Shown here: one piece after another, positions 51,421 to 60,537 of the stretch
Numbering within the stretch: position 1 is the stretch's first letter
How the letters are laid out: each line of letters starts with the position of its first letter
Assembly (NCBI GenBank): GCA_001179505.1
Contig: CDMY01000517.1
Coordinates: 1-60,537 of the forward strand
DNA: 60,537 nt
Source of the DNA: Vitrella brassicaformis CCMP3155
Lineage: Eukaryota; Protista; Chromerida
Direction of reading: 5' to 3'
Program-made: the position numbers and the translations under genes
Notes under the pieces: generated by a model
Told to the model about the DNA's origin: nothing
Databases searched by the model: none
The model's input: the letters and a program-made list of their open reading frames with translations, nothing else

Positions 51421-52588
51421 CTGAGTGCGGGGTAGCCATCCGTCCGTGAGACAGAGCCAAGCCAGTGCTGTCTACTTAGGTACACTGCTGCTGCTTAGCT
51501 GCTCTGGATGGACGGACGATGGATGGAGCCTTCCCGGTGTGTGTTGTGTTATCTATATTTGTCAGTGCATCTGTGTGCCAAGGACGGACCCGAAATGATT
51601 GATGTCATCCATTCAACTTGTCATTGCTGGTCCGTCTGTGGGTAAAGTCCATTAGTGTTGTATCACGACTTAAGGAGAGTTCCTACGTCACCCCCATCCC
51701 ACCCAACCAGCCAGGCAGGCAGGCTTCACACGAGCAGGCAGGCAGGCAGGCAGGCCGGCAGCAAGGCAACCCTCCGTGGGGCTTCAGCTAGACAGCAGCA
51801 ACACCCCGGACACACCAACATGCAGCCAGGCAGGCAGGCAGCTATTCACCACAGCGCTACACACAGACACTCAAATGTAGAAGTATGTATCGACATCAAT
51901 CGGAAGGGGTGGATGAGACCGACACGGGTCTCTCGCCGTTGCCATTCTCTCTCTCTCTCTCTCTCCCTCTCCCTGTACACCTACGCGGCATCCAGACAGG
52001 CAGGCAGCTAAGTTCCCTCTCTCTTGTCGGCCCTTCCGCTGCTGGTCCATTCCGTCACCCCGCCGTGATGGTGACCTTCGCCCACTGACGCACCAGGGAC
52101 GACGGTGACAGTCACAGCGGAGCGCCAATGGACCCCACAACAGACAGCATAATGGACCCAAGCACGGACAGCCAGCCGCCAACCCCACAACAGACACCAA
52201 CAACTAGCAACCACCCACGGCACGGCTCCTCCTGCCCTCTCTCTTTCCCGCCAGCTCGATGGCCAGTTCTCACGCCATGCACCAGCCGGCAATCGATGCC
52301 AAGCCCTGCTCACTCACAGGTCTTGGAAGAGATCACCGACTGGACGATCACGTGGGAAACCGACATACGCAGAACGAAACAAGACGGGTGCCGTTGAAGG
52401 TAAGGTACGCTTCTCTAGACTCGTGCAGTGCACAGCTACGCTATCCAACCAGCAGCAGGAAGGATCGGTGTGATGAACACACCGCTGGCCGGCCAACCGA
52501 ACAACCAGAGGCCTCTCTAGACTAGACACGCCACGGCACGAGAGAATCGACGACTCTAGGCATTCCAAACCCCCTCAGCTATCGACAC

Positions 52589-52888
52589 NNNNNNNNNNNN
52601 NNNNNNNNNNNNNNNNNNNNNNNNNNNNNNNNNNNNNNNNNNNNNNNNNNNNNNNNNNNNNNNNNNNNNNNNNNNNNNNNNNNNNNNNNNNNNNNNNNNN
52701 NNNNNNNNNNNNNNNNNNNNNNNNNNNNNNNNNNNNNNNNNNNNNNNNNNNNNNNNNNNNNNNNNNNNNNNNNNNNNNNNNNNNNNNNNNNNNNNNNNNN
52801 NNNNNNNNNNNNNNNNNNNNNNNNNNNNNNNNNNNNNNNNNNNNNNNNNNNNNNNNNNNNNNNNNNNNNNNNNNNNNNNNNNNNNNNN
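52589..52888. other. Assembly gap (300 N)
   Basis: Run of n characters. Confidence 1.
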
Positions 52889-52936
52889 CCCCCCTCTCCC
52901 GCCCCCTGTGTGTGTCTGGATGCTATCCCTGTCAAT

Positions 52937-54995
52937 CTACTCGGTGGCTTCGTCCTCTACTACGGCGGCGGCGGTGGTGTTGTCGTTGTTGATCTCGGTG
53001 TCGTCGTGGTTGCCCTCCTTGGCAGCCTCCCCTCCAGCACCACCGTCCCCATCACCATGGCCGTCGTGCCCCGCCTCCTGCCCCGCCATGACCTCCTCAG
53101 TCGTCTCAGCAGACTCACCTGCACGAACCGCAACACACACACAACAGACACACACATGGGTGTCCATCAATCCATCCATCCATCCACCATGCTCACGCAC
53201 CGCTATCGCGTGCCTCCTTCTTGTGTGTGTTGGTGCTGGTGCTGATGCTGATGTTGTTGTTGTCCTTGCCGCCGTCGCCCTGCTCCTCGTGTGTGTCGTC
53301 CCTGTCGGCTTCCTCCATGACGATGTTGTTGCACTCGGGCTCGGGCGTGTTGCAGGCAGTCGAGTCGCGCGTGGCCATAGCCATGGCAGCAGGGGGCGAC
53401 TGCTGGGTGGTCGGCGTGGGGGCGGTCGACGGCGATGAGGACGGCGAGGCCGAGGGCGACGGCGTCGGGGCGGCTTTGGGCACGTAGGCGGGCTGCTGGA
53501 TGCGCGAGGGAGTGTACCGCGGGCCGCGGGTGCGTGCGCGGCTGTCGATGTCGGGGAACAACGCCTTGGCGAGATGAATCTTGATCTCTGACGGATGGAT
53601 GAATGGAACCGAAATAGTGTTGTGTGTGTTCCTTCCAGTGTCTGTGGGTGTGTCGTGTCGGGGTAATAAGGTACCCTGCTGTCGGGTATTTCCGCTCTTG
53701 TGGCACTTGTAGGCGTTGCAGAGGCGCTCCTGCCCCACCAGGCAGTACGTCACGCCATTGCGGTCCATCCAATCCAACACTGATATCAACACCCACAGCA
53801 AGCACCATACCATACCATACCAACACACACGTGTGAATGCCTCGCCGCCACACACACATCTCGGGCTCGGTGTGCGGATGCCTACCTGAGAATACGTCGC
53901 GCGGCTGGTTGTTCTCGAGGCGGAGCCACACGGGGATCCATCTGCGGGCGCCGTTGGCACTGCCGTCCTTGAGAGCCTGGTTGCGGCCCACTATGTCAAA
54001 CCTGAGTGGCAGGTCCCACACACATGCGTGTGGCGGGCGTGTGTGGTTGTCAAACACCACACCCACCCACTTGTCGTTGAGTCGCATGAAGCCCGGGTAG
54101 GCGTCGTGCTTGCAGAAGGTATCCAGGATAATCTTCATGCCGTCCTCTGATCGCACACACAGGACACAAGCAGCAGGGTGGGCCAATGCACACACACGCA
54201 TGACATGAGAAGGGATGTGTGTGTGTGTGTGGTCGCACCGGTGAGTTGGTTGTGCGAGAGGTGGACCTCGCAGATGGGCGAGGGGTTCATCCACACGTAC
54301 TTGGCCAGCATCTTAGCGCCTGCAATCGCACGCACACACACACATGCACACACTTGAATGCAAAGCAATGCGTGTATTGTGTTTGGGCCATTTCGTGTCT
54401 GCGAACCGACCAGCATCGGTGATCCTGTTCTTGAACAACTTGAGCACACGGGCGTGGATGCGCCACTTGTCAAACATATCCTACACACACACACACACAC
54501 ACTTACAGATGTTTCCTTCCGCTCACAATCATGCCCAGACAGACACACACGCATCGACGCACCGTGAGCATCTTGACGCCGGCGTCTGTGATCTTGTTGC
54601 TCGACACATCCACCGTCGCTATGATGGCGTCCATCGCACCCAGCTGGAACTCCGTCCGCACATTGGTCAGCTGAGACGATATCCACCTGCAGACACCCAC
54701 ACCCACACACACCACATGCAAACATATGATGCGTCTCGCCACACACGTGTGCATCTCATCTCCCCTCCCCCCTCCCCTCTCTGACGCACCTGCAGTACTC
54801 CTCCAGCTGTCCGTCGTCCATCATCATGCCGCCCAGCCGCAGCTCCAGCACCCGCCGCTCCACGTCCACCTCCATGATGCGCCCGGGCCGCCCGCCGAAC
54901 GGCGGACCGTGCGTGTGGTGCCCGCCCATGTGATGAGGAGGCGGGCCATGGCCGTTGTGCCGGTGATGGTGGCTGGGCGGGTAGCTGTGGAGCAT
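52937..54995 (-). CDS. RNI-like leucine-rich-repeat protein with a His/Pro/Gly-rich N-terminus, a Cys3-His motif and an acidic tail
   Basis: LRLGGMMMDDGQLEEY, VDVSSNKITDAGVKML, LKLFKNRITDAGAKML, VHLSHNQLTEDG, PVWLRLENN, then CLVGQERLCNAYKC...KIHL. Confidence 0.75.
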
Positions 54996-55589
54996 GCTTG
55001 ATCTATGGAACGAAACCAGGCAGATGGGCAGATCGGTGAGCGGAAGGGATTGGAGTCGTCACTGGGAGGCCAACGCTACTCCTTCTCACCTCCAGCTCTT
55101 TATTCGTTTTCTACCTCCGCGCAGAAAGGGTCGGCAAGAATTCGCGACGGCGAGACGATGACCCCACAAACCCTGATGTGACATCCTTGAATTCATCTAA
55201 TTCATCTTTCCCGCTTTTCCTTTTAGATGTTTGGTTTGATTGTTGGTGAGCTGGCGTTGGGCGTCGTCATCTTTTTGGCCGCCAGTGACAGGCGGAAGCT
55301 GCTGAAGGGGTGCGGGGCGTTCGTGAGAGGTGACCAAGGGAACACACTGAGACCACCATACACTCGTCTGTGCCTTCCTTCTTCCAGCCGCCGATTCTAG
55401 GCTTCTTCGTCCTTTGGGATATAGTTTTTGGTTTGGGTGGTCCGCCCAGCTCCCCTTTGTCCGAATGTCGCCGTGCCGCAGGAAAGGAGGGAGAGGCTTC
55501 AGGTGAGCATGTGTGAATGTGGCCTTGGCGCTGGATGCGAACAGACATCCCTCAGTCGGTTGTTTTCCTCTTGATGGATCAGACGTACA

Positions 55590-56999
55590 AGAACACGCCG
55601 AGGAGGCCAAGCCGCCAGTGGACGTGCCGACGCCCAAGATGACCGCTGCTGTTGAGGGGCGTGCCGCCTCATCGGAGGTCTCTCCGGCACCAGTGGTGGA
55701 GAAGATCAAGGGTAAGGAGGAGCCCGCGACGTCGATGCACGCGGGTGATGGCGGGTGGTTAAGGTAACCCACGGCAAGCGGGGCAAGAAGGGCAAGAAGG
55801 CCGCCAGCACCAAGGACAAGAGGTCATCCCACGAGGGCGAGTCGGCCCCGTCGGAGGCCTCACCGAAGCCTCCCAGTGCTGCCCCGCCACCCTCCGGCCC
55901 ATCTGCACCGTCTGCCCTTGCCAGTGAGGCGTCAGCCAAGGCCAGCAAAGCGCCACAGCCCCAGACGACCGACGACGGCAAGGAGGCCGAGGGCGAGGAG
56001 ACCACTGAGGTGGTCAACGAGGGGCGAGGACCAGATGCTGCTGGTGGGGGGTCGGGCGGCAGGTGCTCCTGGCGGACGGCAAGTTGGTGTCGATTGTTGA
56101 CGGGCGACATCAAGATCACTGACCACGTTTTCGTCTTCAAACACGTATGTATGCGATGTGACATCCTATCTACAGCACAGAGGGCGGGAGAGTGGCGCTC
56201 TCATCTCCTGATCTCATCTTTCACTCGGATGTGTGTCGCTCGCTGGGCTGGTTGTGTGCAGGCACCGACTGAGTGGGTGCGTCGTGGCCTCGTCAACAAT
56301 GCCAAGCCGTGTGTGTTTGGGCCGGGGGGGTCCGTCCTTACGGTCCACACAGACCGCACGGAGCACCCCCAGGCCATCTACATGTACGCCCCGCCAGGCC
56401 GGACGGCCAAGCTCAGTGATGGCAGGTCAGTGAGAGGTCGGCAAGCCGCGTGAGGCGTGGTTTTATCAATGCTCTCATGCCGGTCCTTCAGGAATGCGAC
56501 AGCGCTCTCGTGTGAGCTTCGCTATTACATCGCCGCCAAGGACACCGAAGCCCACGAGCCCCCCCACCCGGCAGACACCAAGAAGCCCTCCCCTCAGCTC
56601 GCCCAGCTGCCCACGGCGAGCACACGAGACTGGCGCGGCGCCTCGCAAGAGGGCATCCAAGAGCCTCTTGCCGGCGACGCGCCACCCTCGGCAGAGCCAA
56701 GCCAAGAGGAGATCAACCGATGGTTTGTCGAGGAGTATCTGCCGGCACAAGAGGCGAAGGAGGCCGAGGATGATGACAAGCGGTGGGCGGAGATTGAGGA
56801 GAAGAAGGCCAAGCAGCTCTACGACCACTCGCAGTGGGCACACTTTGACGAGGAGTGGGCGAGGGTGAACAACAGGCAGCTGTGGCGGCAGTTCAAGGAG
56901 TGGGAGGCCGCCAACCCCAAGATGGCCCCCTTGGTGCGAACGCAGAGACTTAGGGTATACACTGACGGCACAGCACCACCCAAACACACCGTGTCATGA
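55590..56999 (+). CDS. Hypothetical protein: low-complexity A/P/S/E N-terminus, compact central domain, Trp/Glu-rich helical C-terminus; 5' end uncertain
   Basis: GT-AG introns join IKITDHVFVFKH/APTEWVRRG.../NATALSCELRYYIAAK...; source of the 44065-44872 duplicate. Confidence 0.55.
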
Positions 57000-57551
57000 T
57001 TTCCTTGTGTCGCCAGGGCCTAGGGTTTGAGGGTCACTTTGCAGTCCCAGCCTTCACCGCCTTTCAACTTGATGAAGGAGAAGGAGAGCTTCACCCTCGA
57101 CCCCAAGGGTCACCATCACGAGAGCAAGGCCACCAACAAAGCCAAGGCGTCGGCCCTTAGCAGCGTGCAGTGCTCGTATATCGCTACCTACATTTTATAT
57201 GAGCTTGATGGTGCCTCTCCCTTTCATCATGTCACTGCAAACCGATGTGCATGCTGAGACATGATGTGCGACCGATGTTGCTCATCTCTTCAATCGAATC
57301 TCATCTGTGTGTCCGATTGCATCAGTATTTTTCGTCCACCCTCTAGTGTACATCCCGTCAATCTCCCCTTTCCCAGGTCCACTTCCCAGGCGAGACAGCC
57401 AAGACATGGCAGGCAGGCAGGCAGGCAGATCTGCAGACAGGGAGCCGGCAGTGATTCCATCCATCAGGCAATCCATCGATTCGATAGACCAACACACAAC
57501 ATGACATCCCATGACATGACAGCCCCCCCCGTCCTCCGCAGCTATCATTTA

Positions 57552-59552
57552 TCATTGGAAGAGTCGTTTGAAGATGGCCGTGATGCCGTCGAGCACCAGT
57601 GCATAGTCGAAGCCCGTCAGACTCCGCTTCTTGCCGGCAGCTGTGCCGCGGTTGATCTGGTACGGGCACTCTGCCGCCACTGCGGCCGCCACAGCGGCGG
57701 CAGATGATGCATTGGGGTCTTCGAAGGCACCCGGCATCAGCTCACGCAGCTGCATAAAAATAGCCAAAAGAGCAAGGCAGCATAAGAGCGAACATGACTT
57801 CTTTCTTGTACCAACCCGTGTGAACGCCCCATTTTCCAAACAGTGGTGCAGCTTGACGCCCTGCAGGAAGGCGTGCCGGTTGAGGTGGTTGTTGAGGGTC
57901 ACGGCCGCGTCTCGGATGACACGGGCAGCGCGCACGTCGTCTCCCTCGCAAGCCAACTGCTCGGCCACGGGCAGGACGACCTCCAGTGCCCTCTTGAGAT
58001 CAAACGGCCTTGTGGCCGATTCCAACATCTGCAGATAGATGAATAAGCACACAAGCCATCTCTGTGTGTGTCATCTCTGTCTGCAGGCCTGCGTTGCCTG
58101 TATTCCCAAATTCATGTCCGTTTGCATGGCGTGAAGAACGGCACGAGCGAAGGCGAGATGGACATCGTCTTCGGCCTGATCCATCAACGCCACGGCAACG
58201 TCACCGAAGGTCAAGCCGAAGGTCAGCAGCTGCCCCGACCCCATGCGCTGTGACACGATCGCCAGGACACGGTGCTTTGGCCCATCGTCGAGCATGCCAA
58301 AGGCCTGGATGTTGGGCTCGACAGACTCGGCGACAGCAGCAGCAGCGGACCGGATCAGGCCATCGTTCAGGGTGGTCTCCTGGAAGTTGAGCCAGGCCAC
58401 GATGGTCTTCTCGGCCTGGCGGGGAAGGAAATCCTGATATGTCTTGAACTGACGAACCGCAGCCCAGACAAAGGAGAAAGGTCCGCATGCCGATCGTGTT
58501 ACGTACCTGTTTGGCCTTGTGTTTGGTGGTCTCCTTCTTGTGCCACGACAGCAGCTGAAACGTCAACTCGCTCTCCCTCTCCAGCTGCATTCAACACACA
58601 GACAGAGACGCAAACACACGGCAGCGAGAAGAATGATTTGGTGTGGGGATGGCCATGTGTGTATGTCTTTGGATGCGTACGAAGTCCAGGATGGCCCGTG
58701 TGGGCTCGAAGTCTACCCCCACTTCCAGCACGGTATCCCTGTATCCCCTCCAGTAGTCGCGCAAGAAGCTGCGGCTCTTCTGACCGCTCCCTGCACACAC
58801 GGGTATATAAGACACAACGATATGTCTTTTCCTTTCCCGCTTTGTGTGGATGTGCATACTCAGGATCTGGTCGTGTCGTGACGCGCGGCTGGACGTGGCG
58901 GCCCCTTCCCCCTCGTCCACCGCCATCTGCTGCTCCTTCAACAACTGACAAGGGAGGGAAACGGATGAATGATCCCTGCCCATGTGCGGATGCAAACCAT
59001 TGCAAACGGACCTGTTTGGCCCGCTGTTCGATCTGGTTGACGGCGTAGCGGTTGGGGCGAAGGTCGTCGAGGTGCAGCGGCTGGCGCGGCTGGGGCGACA
59101 TGGCCGTCTGCTGGGGGTTGGACTTGATCAGTTTCTTCATCGGACTGTACTCATATGTCTGCATTCACTCACAGACACACAGCCAGCCAAACCAGCCATG
59201 GGATGCGTGGGGATGAATGCATGCCGTGCTTACATTGCCGCTGGGGGTGACGACGGGGCGTCGGAGCGGCTGCAGTGTGATGGGACACCTCCAAATGTCC
59301 TCGGGGAACTCCTCATCGGGCACCTCGGCAAGAAACTTGCTAACGCCAGGGTCCACACGAGCCAGGCACTGCATGCATCAACAACACATATCAGATGCAT
59401 CAAGAGAAGACCGTGGGATGCCACGCACGAGCTGCACGGCGTATGCAATGAGAAGAAGGAGTCGTCCATGCAGAAGCTACCTGGCTCAAGCGCCTGCGAT
59501 GCGCCCCAGCGGCGGCCGCCTTGGGGGCAGCCCACCTGGGCAGTTGGGCCAT
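57552..59552 (-). CDS. U-box-domain protein (putative E3 ubiquitin ligase) with a helical C-terminal region, about 8 exons
   Basis: PEDIWRCPITLQPLRRPVVTPSGN/TYEY...PQPRQPLHLDDLRPNRYAV matches the U-box consensus. Confidence 0.75.
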
Positions 59553-60537
59553 CCAAACTGATGAAATTTACGAGAGAAAGCGACGCATTTGAGCTTGCAA
59601 GGATCGAAGAGGATGGTGGCGAGCTTTGGCGGAGCTCGCGGCGAGTGAACGGCAGCAGCGCGAATCGGCATTGTGTCTTCCTCCCCCCCTTGATTTTCAC
59701 TGTGTCGTATTGAGTGTTACGTATTGAGTCACACATGAGTGTTTGTCTGATGGATGCAGACGAAAGCTTAAAGTGTCTCTGTTTCGCTACGTGCACATGA
59801 TGCAGGCTTGTGTCTGCAGTGAGTGGCTCGAGTTGCCGTCTTGTCTGCTTGTGCTTTGTATGTCTAAGTCTGGCGGAGCCTGGCAAGCAGGACATGGTGA
59901 GCGTTGCCATGTTCTCAAAGGCGTTCGTCACCTCGCCGACCAGCTTCAGCACTGGGCAGTGACAGCTGATCATCCTCCATAACGCTGAAAGACACCACAC
60001 ACACACACACGCATCCAGATCTGCAGCGCACGGTTGTGTGGTTGTGTGGGCTTCATCTTCACCTTATATGGCAACGAATGCCAATTACCTATCTGACCGA
60101 TATCCTGCGAACGCAATACGATAAATCAATCAGTGCAAAGATGACCGTACGTGATTGCTCTACACGTCTGTGGCCTCCGCAGATGCAGGCGCAAGTCGAA
60201 CGTGCGTTGACGATGCAAAATCAGTGAGAAACTGAGGTACTCTTTGGATGTCTTCCGGCGTATTTTGACGGGCGACTGAGCATATATCCACAAGTTTCTC
60301 GAGCCACAAGTCGCCGCACAAGACGACAACGGTCACTGAAACAGCTTGAACCACACACAAAGGTCTCATTCACTTCTAAGCAAGACGCCCCCATTACACG
60401 CCCCCGCATCATGACAGCGCGCAGTCTCCCTCTGCAAACTCCACCGATACCAATGCCTGCCGTCCTACCGAAATGCGCTCGTCTTCCTATGCATCATCGT
60501 CTGCCTCGAATACCTACACGTCTGCCCTTTAATTCCC

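Noticed and set aside
51655-52568. Short ORFs and a possible exon before the gap
   Set aside because: A coherent gene cannot be built next to the 300-N gap.
57027-57257. Lys-rich ORF with KESFTL, reminiscent of a histone H1 or DVNP fragment
   Set aside because: Too short, non-ATG start, and the defining motifs are missing.

Overview
This is eukaryotic nuclear DNA: GC-rich, intron-dense, with ~100-nt introns full of (TG)n/(CA)n tracts. Two genes (CCB1 and an S1-repeat protein) carry signal-peptide + Phe + transit-peptide leaders, indicating an alga with a complex (secondary) plastid. With TTTAGGG-type repeats, this best fits the chromerid Vitrella brassicaformis (inference). About 25 genes or pseudogenes were reconstructed by hand from splice sites. 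Recognisable ones are a JMJD6-like JmjC hydroxylase, an Mpv17/PMP22 protein, a plastid-targeted 3xS1 protein, a DBP2/DDX5-like helicase, CCB1, an ATP10-family protein, BTB, U-box and LRR proteins, and a coiled-coil protein ending in a GAR/Gas2-like domain. Two lineage-expanded F-box-like families have three copies each, all with apparent lesions. There are two local segmental duplications and a 300-N gap. The most striking unexplained signal is the 8-mer AGCTCGCA, found exactly in five short (150-270 bp) head-to-head intergenic spacers and upstream of a sixth gene, which suggests an undescribed (bidirectional) promoter element. Other candidates for novelty are an acidic beta-hairpin-repeat protein, a secreted 8-Cys protein visible only after splicing, and an F-box-like protein with an inserted transmembrane module. 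Exon boundaries are manual predictions; no database searches were run.
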